A stretch of DNA of 64,000 nucleotides from Promethearchaeota archaeon. GTDB taxonomy: Archaea > Asgardarchaeota > Lokiarchaeia > Sigyniarchaeales > SOKP01. The notes below the pieces were generated by a model that worked only from the letters and a program-made list of their open reading frames with translations, was not told the origin of the DNA and ran no database searches. The translations under genes and the position numbers were made by a program. Positions 30,892 through 41,692 of this stretch are shown here, in pieces. The DNA lies in contig JAHPZJ010000013.1 in assembly GCA_019058245.1 (NCBI GenBank), forward strand, positions 233,166-297,165, written 5' to 3'. Position 1 is the first letter of the stretch. The number at the start of each line of letters is the position of its first letter.

Positions 30892-32151
30892 CTATTCGAT
30901 TTCAGTCTGAAGAATTTCTGATTCAATTTTATCTTTTACCTCAAATTCTGGCTTTTTAAATGCTTTCCTCCAAAAAAGAAATATTAATATAAATATTAAA
31001 CTAGATGTAAATGGTAAAATATTAGATGGGAGATAAGTAAGAATCAAACCTCCAAGAATTGGACAAAATATTTGTCCTATGCTAGTTAGAGAATTATTCA
31101 CTCCCAAGAGGCTTCCTGTTTCTTCCCTATTAACTGCTTTAGTTAGTTTACTAGATAAAATAGGTCGACCCACCCCTGTTCCATAAGATAAGAAGAATAA
31201 TGGGATAAAAAAGATAATAAAATTTGATGTAAACGCTAAAAAGACCATTGAAAAAATCAAACTAATAATCCCAGAAAATAAAAGAGCGTTTTCGCTAATT
31301 TTCTTTAATAAAGGGTCTATTAAAAGACTTTGAAATAATACTCTGGTAATTCCAATCCATGTTAAATAGATTCCTACCTCTTGTATAGAGATAGCTATTT
31401 GTTCCTGAGCAAATAAAGGAAAAACTGACATAAAGATAAAAAATCCGAAATTATAGATGAAAAATATTAATAAAAGACTTCGAATCTTTGAGGATTTGAA
31501 GAACCGTCTTGCTTCCTTTATTGGAATAACATCTTCAAATCTTAAACTAAATCTATCTTTTTTCTCAGTTAAAGATTCCGGTAAAAAGATAATAACCAAA
31601 ATAATTGAAAGTAAACTGATACCAGCGGCTAAGAACATGGGCGTAGAATAACTTATAATTGCGAGTGTTCCACCAATAAAAGGACCAAATGTTAAAGCTA
31701 ATCCAAAAATAGCACTTGAATATCCAAAAACTCTAGTCCTATTTTGAGGTGTAGTAATATCACTCAAATAAGCTTGACTCACTGTCATATTACTTCCTAA
31801 TAATCCATCAACTAGCCGAGCAGCTATGAGTATCCAAACATTTGTAGACATACCAAGAAGTATAAAACCTATAAAGGTACTAATTTGACTAAATATCAAG
31901 ATAGGTTTTCTACCAAACTGATCACTCAATTTTCCTGTAATAGGGCTGGCAATAAGTTGACATAAACTAAAAATACTGAGAATTAATCCTATCTGGAATG
32001 GATTCAATCCAAGTGAAAGCCCTAAAAATGGCATAACAGGTATAACAATACTGAAACCTAAAATTTCAGTAAACATTATCATGAAAATTATAAAGATTTT
32101 TTTTCTCAAATTATTCTTATTTGGATTTTCAGATGCCATTATTCTTTCCAT
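30892..32151 (-). CDS. MFS transporter, TetA/DHA1-like
   Basis: Motif A GKLSDQFGRKP, ARLVDG, ~12 TM. Confidence 0.9.
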   Translation of the reverse strand: MERIMASENPNKNNLRKKIFIIFMIMFTEILGFSIVIPVMPFLGLSLGLNPFQIGLILSIFSLCQLIASPITGKLSDQFGRKPILIFSQISTFIGFILLGMSTNVWILIAARLVDGLLGSNMTVSQAYLSDITTPQNRTRVFGYSSAIFGLALTFGPFIGGTLAIISYSTPMFLAAGISLLSIILVIIFLPESLTEKKDRFSLRFEDVIPIKEARRFFKSSKIRSLLLIFFIYNFGFFIFMSVFPLFAQEQIAISIQEVGIYLTWIGITRVLFQSLLIDPLLKKISENALLFSGIISLIFSMVFLAFTSNFIIFFIPLFFLSYGTGVGRPILSSKLTKAVNREETGSLLGVNNSLTSIGQIFCPILGGLILTYLPSNILPFTSSLIFILIFLFWRKAFKKPEFEVKDKIESEILQTEIE

Positions 32152-32274
32152 TTAATACCTTATCTTTTGATCTTAAAGCATTAAAGAAATAATAAGTTTT
32201 CAGATTATAAAATATTTAGAGTTAGTGGGGAAATTTTATTTTTATAAGACAAAAGAATTTAGTGGAAAGGATAA

Positions 32275-33045
32275 TCATTTAAATCCTTGACAAAAGGAAT
32301 CTACATTTTTAGGTAAAACAGTGTGATTATAACCCCCTTCAAGTAAAGCATAACGTCTTCCCTTACATAACTTTTCAGAATAATTTTTCATAAGATTGCC
32401 TAATTCATGATAATCTTCCGGGTATAATAAATTACCCCAATCATCAATACCTTGATCGAATCCTGCGCTAGCAACAAAAATATCAATATCATGCAATTTA
32501 TTCATATAGCTTTCTACTTCTTTAATATAATTAACATGACCACTTGAACTTGGATTAAGAATTTTAACTCTGAAATCATCCTCTCTATTTGTAAGGATAT
32601 TGATATTTCCATCTCCTGTATGAAGATCAAAGTCTAAGATAAAGGCAGATTTTATCTTTGACATAGAATATAATTTTAAAAGGCTTATACTGATATTATT
32701 AAAAAAACAAAATCCCCAACAAGAGTCTGTGGATGCATGATGCCCTGGTGGTCGAATGACAGCAAATGTTGGATTACCATTATATCCTTCTTGAGCAGCT
32801 AAAATTGATCCTCCTGCTGCTAATGAAGCTAACTCGAATAAAAATTTATCTCTCTTTATATACTGAAGAAGTCTTTTAGTATGAACTCTTAAAATATCTT
32901 CTTCAGAAGCGGGTTTAGGTTCTATTATTTCATATTCTTTATTAGCCTTTAATCGATCCATAATACCTTCTAGACGTCCTGGTGAAGCAGCCGGGTCCAT
33001 TGAATAATCAGAAGTAAAATATCGTTCATGGAACACAATTTTCAT
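32275..33045 (-). CDS. Histone deacetylase/AcuC family Zn-dependent deacetylase
   Basis: RPPGHHA, GFCFFNN, DFDLHTGDG, SAGFD, LEGGY. Confidence 0.92.
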   Translation of the reverse strand: MKIVFHERYFTSDYSMDPAASPGRLEGIMDRLKANKEYEIIEPKPASEEDILRVHTKRLLQYIKRDKFLFELASLAAGGSILAAQEGYNGNPTFAVIRPPGHHASTDSCWGFCFFNNISISLLKLYSMSKIKSAFILDFDLHTGDGNINILTNREDDFRVKILNPSSSGHVNYIKEVESYMNKLHDIDIFVASAGFDQGIDDWGNLLYPEDYHELGNLMKNYSEKLCKGRRYALLEGGYNHTVLPKNVDSFCQGFK

Positions 33046-33137
33046 TGATCTATATTCCTCATATAAATGATTTTGAATTATATTTAAAAAAATATAGATT
33101 CAATACGTTTTAATAGTTTTTATATTTTTAAAAAATT

Positions 33138-34082
33138 CTATAATCTCTTACTCAAGATATCAATCATATCTTTAGTCATAGATTCAAGATTATAACTAGG
33201 GTTCCAACCCCATTCTTCCCGAGCAAGTGAATCATCAATTGATTTTGGCCAAGAATCAGCAATTTCTTGTCGAAAATCAGGTTTATATTCTATTTGAAAT
33301 TCAGGAATGTGATTTTTTATTTCTGTGGCTATCTCTTCAGCAGAGAAACTCATCCCAGTTACATTATATACTCTACGTTTTAATTTAGAGTTATCTGTTT
33401 CTAATAAATCTGTCATACATTTAAGGCAATCAGGCATGTACATCATAGGTAAAATTGTATCTTTCTTAAGAAAGCAATTATATTCCTTTTTTTTGATTGC
33501 TTCATAGAAAATCTCAACAGCATAGTCAGTTGTACCACCTCCAGGTAGTGTCTCACTACTTATTATTCCTGGAAGTCTTATCGAACGAACATCTAATTCA
33601 AATTTTTTATAATAATATTCTGCTAATAATTCTCCCGCAACTTTGGTGATACCATACATTGTTGTAGGTTGTAATATCGTCGTATTAGGTGTATTATCTC
33701 TAGGAGTAGTAGGCCCAAAAACTGCAATTGAGCTTGGCCAAATTATATTTTTTATATTATATTTTCTACTCATTTCAAGAACATTGATTAATCCATTCAT
33801 ATTTATGTTCCAAGCAGTTTGAGGCATCTTTTCTCCTGTTGCTGAGAGAATCGAAGCCAGATGATATACTGTATCAACTTCATATTCATTGAAAAGTTTT
33901 GAAATTATATTATTGTCTAAAGCATCCAAATAAACCACTGGACCGGATTTTTTTATCGAATCTTGAAGTAGTGTTTTTCTATAAGTAGCAATCACATTAT
34001 CATTACCATATTTATTTCTTAAGAATGGTACTAATTCACTTCCTATTTGACCTGCAGCACCTATTACAATAATTTTTCGCAT
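33138..34082 (-). CDS. tdh: L-threonine 3-dehydrogenase, SDR type
   Basis: GAAGQIG, HLASILSATGE, YGITK, PGGGTTDYAV, RQEIADSWP; divergent from kbl. Confidence 0.9.
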   Translation of the reverse strand: MRKIIVIGAAGQIGSELVPFLRNKYGNDNVIATYRKTLLQDSIKKSGPVVYLDALDNNIISKLFNEYEVDTVYHLASILSATGEKMPQTAWNINMNGLINVLEMSRKYNIKNIIWPSSIAVFGPTTPRDNTPNTTILQPTTMYGITKVAGELLAEYYYKKFELDVRSIRLPGIISSETLPGGGTTDYAVEIFYEAIKKKEYNCFLKKDTILPMMYMPDCLKCMTDLLETDNSKLKRRVYNVTGMSFSAEEIATEIKNHIPEFQIEYKPDFRQEIADSWPKSIDDSLAREEWGWNPSYNLESMTKDMIDILSKRL

Positions 34083-34262
34083 TTTTGTCAGACTTTAGAT
34101 TAAGTAATTAATAGTATAAAGCATAATTTTTTCCATAAAAAAAGTTTTATTTATAATCGTCCCGCATTATTCCCCTAAAAATAATAGAAGTAAAACTCAA
34201 ATACTATTTAAAATTCAAATAAAATAAAAATTTACCAAGAATTTTTAAAAAATAAAGGTGTT

Positions 34263-35456
34263 ATGATAATGATGCGAGATCCTGTTGCGTTTCTCAAGGA
34301 AGAAATGACTGAATTAAGGAAAAATAATCTTGAATGGATTATTAGATATCTTGAACAAGGTTCCAAACCTCATTCTGTTGTAGATGGTAAAGAAGTCTTA
34401 ATGCTTAATACTAATAATTATCTTGGCTTAGCAACTCATCCAAAAATAATACAAGCAGCAATTGATGCTACAAAAAAATATGGTGCTGGGGCAGGAGCAG
34501 TTCCAGTTATTGCTGGTTCTTTCGATTTAACTGAACAATTTGAAGAAAAATTCGCAGAATTTAAAGAAGTTGAGGCTTCTATTCTCTGTCAGACTGGATT
34601 TGCCGTTAATTCAGGATTAATTCCCATGTTAGTTGGAAAACCAGATATAGTTGTATCAGATGAATTAAATCATGGTTCAATCATTGATGGAGTTAGATTA
34701 TCAGGAGCTAAAAGAATTATTTATAAACATTGTGATGTTGGAGATTTAGAAAAACAGTTAAGAGAAGCTGAAAAAGAAGGAGCTAGAAGAATTTGTATTA
34801 TAACAGATGGTGTTTTTAGTATGGATGGAGATATAGCACCATTAGATAATATTGCTAAAATAGCGAAAGAATTTGGAGCTATGATTTTCGTTGACGACTG
34901 CCATGGTGAGGGTGTACTTGGAGAAGGAAGAGGTATAGTCGCCCATTATAATCTACAGGGAAAAGTTCATGTGGAAGGTGGATCAATGAGTAAAGGGTTT
35001 GGAGTTTTCGGGGGGACTGTTGCAGGTTCAAAAGATTTAATTGAATTTTGTAAGAATAAGAGTCGAACTTATCTTCTTAGTACTGCACATCCACCAGGTA
35101 TTGTTGCTGCAAATAAAGCCTCTATTGAAGTAGTTGAGAGTGAACCTGAACATGTCAAAAGAGTCTGGGAACATACAAATTATTTTAAAAAAGAAGTTCA
35201 GAGTATGGGTTATAATACTGGTAATTCAGCAACGCCTATTATTCCTTTAATTATAGGTGATCCTGGAAAAGCTCAAGAATTAGCACGAGTTCTTTTTGAA
35301 GAAGAGAATATTTATGGTACACCTATTGTATTTCCTATGGTTGCTAAGGAATTATCAAGAATTAGAGTTCAGATGAATGCATTACTTACTAAAGATGATT
35401 TAACAATAGCTCTGAGTGCTATCGAAAAAGTAGGAAAAAAATTGAATATAATATAA
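34263..35456 (+). CDS. kbl: Glycine C-acetyltransferase (2-amino-3-ketobutyrate CoA ligase; BioF/Kbl family)
   Basis: NNYLGL, SDELNHGSIIDG, DGVFSMDGD, DDCHGEG, SMSKG; pairing with tdh favours Kbl over BioF. Confidence 0.82.
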   Translation: MIMMRDPVAFLKEEMTELRKNNLEWIIRYLEQGSKPHSVVDGKEVLMLNTNNYLGLATHPKIIQAAIDATKKYGAGAGAVPVIAGSFDLTEQFEEKFAEFKEVEASILCQTGFAVNSGLIPMLVGKPDIVVSDELNHGSIIDGVRLSGAKRIIYKHCDVGDLEKQLREAEKEGARRICIITDGVFSMDGDIAPLDNIAKIAKEFGAMIFVDDCHGEGVLGEGRGIVAHYNLQGKVHVEGGSMSKGFGVFGGTVAGSKDLIEFCKNKSRTYLLSTAHPPGIVAANKASIEVVESEPEHVKRVWEHTNYFKKEVQSMGYNTGNSATPIIPLIIGDPGKAQELARVLFEEENIYGTPIVFPMVAKELSRIRVQMNALLTKDDLTIALSAIEKVGKKLNII

Positions 35457-35513
35457 ATTTAATTTTTTTTCATTATAATAATATCGCTAAATTTCACTTT
35501 AATCCATTCTCAA

Positions 35514-36098
35514 TTAAAGTGGTTTAGCTAATATTGCTTTCACTCGCAATGTTTTGAATTCACTTGTAGGTGCAGGCTTTATTAAACATACTGTATCCGC
35601 TCCTCTCCCTGTTCCTCCTACAACAATAATATCTCTATTAATGTCAGGAATTAAACCTGCATCAACAACGGTACTCGAGATTTCTATACAAACTTTAACG
35701 CCTTGACTAAATTGCCACCCTAACATCTTAGCTAGCATATCTACAAAAATCCATGCTTCTTTATTTAATCGTAAACCCCTTTCAATTCCACTCATAGCAT
35801 GGGTACCGATATGAAATTTTAGTCCTTTATTCTCCAATTCCTTTAATTTTTCTTCTGGAAACTCTTGTCGAGTATTTCCATTGACGAAATAATAACAATG
35901 AGTAATGATTACAACATTGTACTCATTTGGATTAAAAATTTGAGATGCCTTTTCAGCTACAGTTCCAGTGGTACTAGCGAGGACAATATCTTTTATATTA
36001 AATTGGTCAGCATATTTTTTGGCAATTTCTAATGCTTTATCAGTGTTATGGGCTCCGGCTTTTTCAAAATATGTAACTTCAAGATTTAAATCAGTCAT
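35514..36098 (-). CDS. Pyruvate kinase alpha/beta-domain-only protein (MTH1675-like)
   Basis: YFEKAGAHNT, VLASTTG, GVKVCIEI, GGTGRGADT. Confidence 0.82.
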   Translation of the reverse strand: MTDLNLEVTYFEKAGAHNTDKALEIAKKYADQFNIKDIVLASTTGTVAEKASQIFNPNEYNVVIITHCYYFVNGNTRQEFPEEKLKELENKGLKFHIGTHAMSGIERGLRLNKEAWIFVDMLAKMLGWQFSQGVKVCIEISSTVVDAGLIPDINRDIIVVGGTGRGADTVCLIKPAPTSEFKTLRVKAILAKPL

Positions 36099-36371
36099 AT
36101 TTTATCAAACCTATTATATTATTATTTAAACAATTATTTTACTATTAGAAAATAAAATGATTCCAATTAAATGAATATTATTGAGATTAAAGCTTTTCCA
36201 GAAATAATGTACTTTCTTATATATTCTCTTTTAATTAGGAAAAAGTGAAATATACTGGTTTGTAAATATTTTATATTTTCAATTTTTAAGGATTATCAAT
36301 AAAAAAGTATTGAGAGTTAGTTTTATCTTCTATAAAAATTAATTAAAAAAAAAAATAAGAAATAAAATAAT

Positions 36372-37892
36372 TTATTTTACTTTTGATTCTATGACTAATT
36401 TTTTATCTTTTTTCATTTCATCATTTAAAGAATCATCGATTCCCGCTATTCTTTTTACCATGTCTTTTCTAGCTTCAATATCATATTGAGTTGTAATTGC
36501 TATATTCTCCATAATTGGGCTTCCTCCTCCATGATAGCTTCCAAAAAGATGAATACCGCCTCTAGCCGAACAAATTTGATCACCAACATATCTCCAAAAT
36601 TGCGCTGCATTTTTAGGAGAAATTTGAGGATTTCTAACCGTATATTTATAGAGTAATTCTTTTAATTCAGGATTGGCAAAATCTCTTTCATATGGAAAAG
36701 TCGCAGGAACACCACCTGAAATATCACAGATAATTTCAGCTTCACGAAATACAGCTTCTCCTGAAAGACATCTTCCAACGTTGCAGTAAATTGAATTAGG
36801 AATATAACTTCCTGGTCCGTATGGAACAAAACCTACACCAGGCATATATACTTCAGGTCTACCTAAATCTGAAGCTGTATATCCTGCCGCATAGCCAAGT
36901 TCGGTTACCAAAATTACTTCAGCTAATGCGCTTCTTACATGATTGGCTCGATGGATATTATTATATTCTGCAGCTAAAGCTGTTGTTCCACAAACTAAAT
37001 CTCCAATAGCGGGTTTACAACCAGAATAACTATGTCTATGAAATAAGGCAAATAATAAAGCAAGAACACCCGCATGCTGATTTTCCCCACAAAGAAAAAC
37101 TCTTTCCCATGGAACAAATACATCATCAAAAATTATATATGAATCTGTAGCTCCAGGTGTAAAACCACGTTTGAATATTTCTCTTTCTCTAAGATTATGA
37201 ACAGTGACTACTTGTTTTACGCCCTCATAATCAGCAGGTACAGCAAATGCTACAGCATAATCTTTATCTTCAGGTCTTAATGCTCTTGTAGGAACAGTAA
37301 GAATTTCATCAGATACAGAAGCTTCAGAAATATGAAGTTTGCATCCGCGAACTATTATTCCATCTTGTTTCTTTTCCACAACACGAACATACATATCCGG
37401 ATCTTCTTGATCTGCAGGACGTTTTATTCGGTTCCCTTTAACATCAGTCTGAGCACAAGCTGCAACAAGATCTTCATTTTGAAATCGAGTTAACCATTTT
37501 TTATAGTTTTCATGATAATTAGTTTTACCATCATTAGATTTATCTGCTTCATAACTTACAGCATATATAGCATTAGCAGCATCACATCCCATACAACGTT
37601 GAATACAACCTCCAACTAATCGACAAAGTGTTCTTACCATATCTTGTTTTTTATGGAGATCTTCTGTACTATGAGCTATATGTGTAAATCGGTTAATAGT
37701 ATTACCTGTTAGATGAGATTTTGCAAGCATTAAATCCGCGTATTTTGGATCTTCAGCCGCATCGAATGTTGTTCCCATCACATCAAGAGTAGCCAATTGG
37801 ACTTCATCTAAACGGTCAATTATTTTACCATTATAGTAGAGATTAGGTTTCATTTTACTGAGATCTTTCATCCATTGTTCTTTCGTTCTCAT
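36372..37892 (-). CDS. abfD: 4-hydroxybutyryl-CoA dehydratase/vinylacetyl-CoA isomerase (HpaB family)
   Basis: Fe-S ligands CIQRC and HRHSYSGC, QTDVKGNR, HGGGSP. Confidence 0.8.
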   Translation of the reverse strand: MRTKEQWMKDLSKMKPNLYYNGKIIDRLDEVQLATLDVMGTTFDAAEDPKYADLMLAKSHLTGNTINRFTHIAHSTEDLHKKQDMVRTLCRLVGGCIQRCMGCDAANAIYAVSYEADKSNDGKTNYHENYKKWLTRFQNEDLVAACAQTDVKGNRIKRPADQEDPDMYVRVVEKKQDGIIVRGCKLHISEASVSDEILTVPTRALRPEDKDYAVAFAVPADYEGVKQVVTVHNLREREIFKRGFTPGATDSYIIFDDVFVPWERVFLCGENQHAGVLALLFALFHRHSYSGCKPAIGDLVCGTTALAAEYNNIHRANHVRSALAEVILVTELGYAAGYTASDLGRPEVYMPGVGFVPYGPGSYIPNSIYCNVGRCLSGEAVFREAEIICDISGGVPATFPYERDFANPELKELLYKYTVRNPQISPKNAAQFWRYVGDQICSARGGIHLFGSYHGGGSPIMENIAITTQYDIEARKDMVKRIAGIDDSLNDEMKKDKKLVIESKVK

Positions 37893-37961
37893 TTAAAATA
37901 CCTCGTATTAAATTTAATATTATTTTATATTTTCAACTACTTTAAAAATATTAATTGTATT

Positions 37962-37990
37962 AGTGAACTCTTTTTTTAGATGAGTTCACT
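37962..37990. promoter_or_regulatory. Perfect 9-bp inverted repeat AGTGAACTC-N11-GAGTTCACT, candidate operator
   Basis: Read directly; lies in the divergent intergenic region between the abfD-like and MFS genes. Confidence 0.5.
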
Positions 37991-38213
37991 TTACATTTAA
38001 ATGAAATAAGATTTTATAACTTATATTGCTTTTCCAAATGAAAAATAATCAAGATTCCTAAATACTAATAAATTCTATAATTTTACCATTAAGGATGAAT
38101 TTTAATTGGAGAAAAAATAATTTTTATAAATATTAAAATAGATATAAATACATCAAAATTTACTATATTAGATTAAATAAAATTACAGATTAGTATAGAG
38201 ATGTGGCACTTTT

Positions 38214-39665
38214 ATGAGTGAAAGAGAAATACCATTAAAAGAAAAAATATTATTTGGTCTCAGTGCTTTCCCAGATCAGCTCACTTATCAAGCATTTACG
38301 ATTTATGTATTTACCTATTATTTTGCAGTTGTTCATCTATCCATGCCTGAAATGTGGATAGGATTTACCCTTTGGGGCATTTGGAATATGATTAATGATC
38401 CTCTTTTGGGTGCATTAAGTGAGAAAACCAAACAGAAAGGTAAATTAGGAAAACGTAAGTTTTATTTGATAATTTCATTTATCCCGCTCGCATTGATTAT
38501 GATTTTTCTTTTTGTGATAGCAGCACGAAATCCACTAAGTAGTTCAAAATTTACTTTTCACTTCTGGTATTTCATGTTCATAATTTTTACATTCGAATTC
38601 TTTTATACAATGTTTTCAGTAAATACTAATGCTGTTTTTCCAGAAATGTTTCCTACAGAGAATCAGAGAGGAGCCGTAAACCAATTTATAAAAGCATTTA
38701 CAATGATTGCTGTAATACTTGCTTCAGTCATTCCCACTTTTATTGTATCTCCAAATTTAGTCCCAAAAATTGATCCGAACGTTGATCCCACTGGTTATTC
38801 CGCAGAAGTTGCTAGTATTCAATCAGGATTTATTATTTCTGGTATTGTATATGCTGTAATAATATTGATCACAGCAATACTATTTATTTTCTTAGGTGTG
38901 AAAGAAAAAGAAGAACAAATTAGTGATTTTGAAAAAAGACCAGGATTTATTGATTCATTGAAAATAACATTTTCAAATCGAACATTTATAAAATTTACAC
39001 TTGGAAATATGCTTATCTGGTATTGTTTTAATCTGTTGTTATCAGTATTTCCACTGTATGCCGTTTATGTATTGGGAAGAACTGAAGATGCTTTCTTAAT
39101 TGGAGTTACTTTAATGCTAGCATTATTATCTGCTGCAGCGCTTATGCCAGTTCAAATGCGGATTAGAAAAAAATTTGGTACTCGTAAAGGATTGATGATT
39201 GGCTTAGGAATTTGGATAGTAACATTATTTCCTTTAACTCTTTTATCAAATAATGAAATAAGTAGAACGTTATCATTTCTTGTTTTTATATCAATAGGAT
39301 TTGGATTATCCGCTGCATTATTTTTCGTTGATTTAATTCATGGTGATGTAATTGACCAAGACGCTCTTAAGTTTGGGGTAAGAAGAGCCTCGAGTTATTA
39401 TGGTGTAAATGCTTTTATACATAGATTTTCGATGATACTTGGAATAACAACTATTTATATCGTATTCTCTGGAACAGGGTGGAGTTCATATGAACCTGTT
39501 GTTAATAACCCAGTCTTACTAGATCTTGGTATAAAATCATTGATGTTTCTCTTTCCTTCAATAGCACTTATCGGTTCAATTCTCTTCTTTAAATTTTATG
39601 ATTTACATGGTGAAAAGCTCGAAAAAATGAGACAGGAATTGGAGAAACATCCAGACTTAAAATAA
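38214..39665 (+). CDS. MFS transporter, GPH/MelB-like sugar symporter
   Basis: WNMINDPLLGALSE, GKRK, DVIDQD, ~12 TM. Confidence 0.88.
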   Translation: MSEREIPLKEKILFGLSAFPDQLTYQAFTIYVFTYYFAVVHLSMPEMWIGFTLWGIWNMINDPLLGALSEKTKQKGKLGKRKFYLIISFIPLALIMIFLFVIAARNPLSSSKFTFHFWYFMFIIFTFEFFYTMFSVNTNAVFPEMFPTENQRGAVNQFIKAFTMIAVILASVIPTFIVSPNLVPKIDPNVDPTGYSAEVASIQSGFIISGIVYAVIILITAILFIFLGVKEKEEQISDFEKRPGFIDSLKITFSNRTFIKFTLGNMLIWYCFNLLLSVFPLYAVYVLGRTEDAFLIGVTLMLALLSAAALMPVQMRIRKKFGTRKGLMIGLGIWIVTLFPLTLLSNNEISRTLSFLVFISIGFGLSAALFFVDLIHGDVIDQDALKFGVRRASSYYGVNAFIHRFSMILGITTIYIVFSGTGWSSYEPVVNNPVLLDLGIKSLMFLFPSIALIGSILFFKFYDLHGEKLEKMRQELEKHPDLK

Positions 39666-39674
39666 GTATTAGAA

Positions 39675-40454
39675 TTATTTAGTTATTTTCTTAACAGGGT
39701 TCGTATGAGAACAAGGAAGTCCACAAGCACATTTCCCACACACATCTGCTATACCTAAATGAGAATAAATTTGGCTATTTTCTAAGCAAATATTATAACA
39801 TTTATGTCGTTCAAATGATTTAAGAGTTAAAATATCATAAAAGCAATTTTCAATACACTTAGTACATGATTTATTATGAAAATATAAGCAATATTCTTGT
39901 TCTAGGCGTTTTGTTGGCTCAATTTGTGCGGATGTTATTAAGCTGCCTAATCTACCACAACATCCTTTTTCAGTTATTAACATTTTATGCAAACCAAATT
40001 TACCTAAACCAGCGATATAGGCTATATGCTTTTGGGACCAAGAAGAAATCAACTTTTTTTCATCGAAATTAAGTTCATCTGGAATTTTTACAGAATCAAT
40101 AGCTTCTTTCTTCAATTCTCTTCTTAGAAAAGTATTCAATTTTAGCATCAGTTTATTAGTTTCAACATAAGCAATTGCCCATTCTTTGGATGCTATTTTT
40201 CCTTTAGTATTGCTCAAAATAATTTTCTTATTAAATGGTATAAAATATGAAATAACAGTTTTAGCTTTATTTAATAGTTCAGTTGGTAATTTATGGCTTT
40301 TGTCTATTTTTTCTTTTAATTTAAAGAATAATGGATCTGTTGCATCTGCAAAACCTACTATTGGTTCTTCCCAATCAGTTCTACAATTTGAGAAATTCTT
40401 GTAGTCTTCAATATAATTTATGATCAAATTTTTTATATACAATTGTATATTCAT
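39675..40454 (-). CDS. QueG-like (epoxyqueuosine reductase family) 4Fe-4S protein
   Basis: WSQKHIAYIAGLGKFG, GRLGS, C..C..C, CGKCACGLPC. Confidence 0.8.
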   Translation of the reverse strand: MNIQLYIKNLIINYIEDYKNFSNCRTDWEEPIVGFADATDPLFFKLKEKIDKSHKLPTELLNKAKTVISYFIPFNKKIILSNTKGKIASKEWAIAYVETNKLMLKLNTFLRRELKKEAIDSVKIPDELNFDEKKLISSWSQKHIAYIAGLGKFGLHKMLITEKGCCGRLGSLITSAQIEPTKRLEQEYCLYFHNKSCTKCIENCFYDILTLKSFERHKCYNICLENSQIYSHLGIADVCGKCACGLPCSHTNPVKKITK

Positions 40455-40582
40455 AGTTTTAATTTTTCAATTTTTAAGATTGATTTGAAATAACTATTGA
40501 TGATAAAGAAAAAATTATAAAGTTTTTAAATTTAAAAGATAATATCAACTTAAAAAAATAAAATCATAGGAGTTAAGGAAGT

Positions 40583-40816
40583 TTGACCATATGTTTTGTT
40601 CTAATGAATATTCAAGCGGGATTTGTAGAATCTGTTTATGAAAGTTTGGAAAAAATAGAGGAAGTTATAGAAACCTATACTGTGACCGGAGGAATCGATA
40701 TTATAATTAAAGTAGAAGGTCCTGATGTTGAAACAATAGCAAAAACAATATTAGCAAAGATTCATAGTATAGAGGGAGTTTCGAAGACAACGACTCATAT
40801 TGTTGTTCCATTATAG
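40583..40816 (+). CDS. Lrp/AsnC ligand-binding (RAM) domain protein
   Basis: TTG start after GGAG; VTGGIDIIIKVE, IHSIEGVSKTTTHI. Confidence 0.85.
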   Translation: MTICFVLMNIQAGFVESVYESLEKIEEVIETYTVTGGIDIIIKVEGPDVETIAKTILAKIHSIEGVSKTTTHIVVPL

Positions 40817-41059
40817 TATAACAAATAATTTTTTTTTAATCTGTATATTTCTATTATGTAAGATATTACAAACTATGCTTAAGCTTATTATACCAAATAT
40901 TTTGGTACTTATTAATAATAAATCGAAGATGTTCAACATAAAAAACCTTTTTTAAAATATATTAAATTATTAAAAGAGAATTAAAGAATAATATTTATAT
41001 TCGAAAAAGTTTGATATTTTAAATTATATAAACATTCTAAAAAAAGAAAAGAAAATCTA

Positions 41060-41611
41060 ATGAGTAATAGTAGAGAAAAATTTACATTTAAAGTTACAGT
41101 TATTGGTGATGGCGCAGTTGGGAAGACTTCTTTAATAAGAAAATTTACTAAAGGAAATTTCCAAGAACAATATATTCAAACTATCGGAGCTCAATTTTCT
41201 AAATTTATTGAAGAAATAGAGGGGGATAGATGCAAATTATTTTTCTGGGATATTGCAGGTCAAGATACGTTTCATTTTTTAAGACCTGCTTTTTACAAGG
41301 CAAGCGTAGCTGCGATAATTGTGTTTTCTCTTGAAGAGAATGATTTTGGAAAGGAAAGTTTTAATCATGTAACTAATTGGCAGAATGAAATAACCAAATT
41401 CTGTGGAGACATTCCCATTTTATTATTCGGAAATAAAGTTGATTTAGTTGATGAAGAAAAATTAGACGATAGCAGTATATTAAAATTAGTAGAAGAAAAA
41501 ACAATGTTAGGGTATTATCGAACTTCTGCGAAAACAGGTCAAGGAGTTCATAAAGCTTTTCAAAAAATAATAAATGATTTATATTCTAAATTTAAGACGG
41601 TATCTGTGTAA
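41060..41611 (+). CDS. Rab-like small GTPase (no C-terminal prenylation Cys)
   Basis: GDGAVGKT, TIG, WDIAGQ, NKVD, SAK. Confidence 0.93.
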   Translation: MSNSREKFTFKVTVIGDGAVGKTSLIRKFTKGNFQEQYIQTIGAQFSKFIEEIEGDRCKLFFWDIAGQDTFHFLRPAFYKASVAAIIVFSLEENDFGKESFNHVTNWQNEITKFCGDIPILLFGNKVDLVDEEKLDDSSILKLVEEKTMLGYYRTSAKTGQGVHKAFQKIINDLYSKFKTVSV

Positions 41612-41692
41612 CCTGTGATTCTTGAGTATAAAATTTTTATATTATTATAAGAATATGGGAAATTCTGAGCTCAAAATTTTGAACAATAAAAT

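Noticed and set aside
3756-40816. Genome-wide reassignment of TAG to an amino acid
   Set aside because: TAG ends tdh and the Lrp-domain gene at natural family C-termini, with another stop a few codons later. Only one internal TAG was seen, which is too little evidence.
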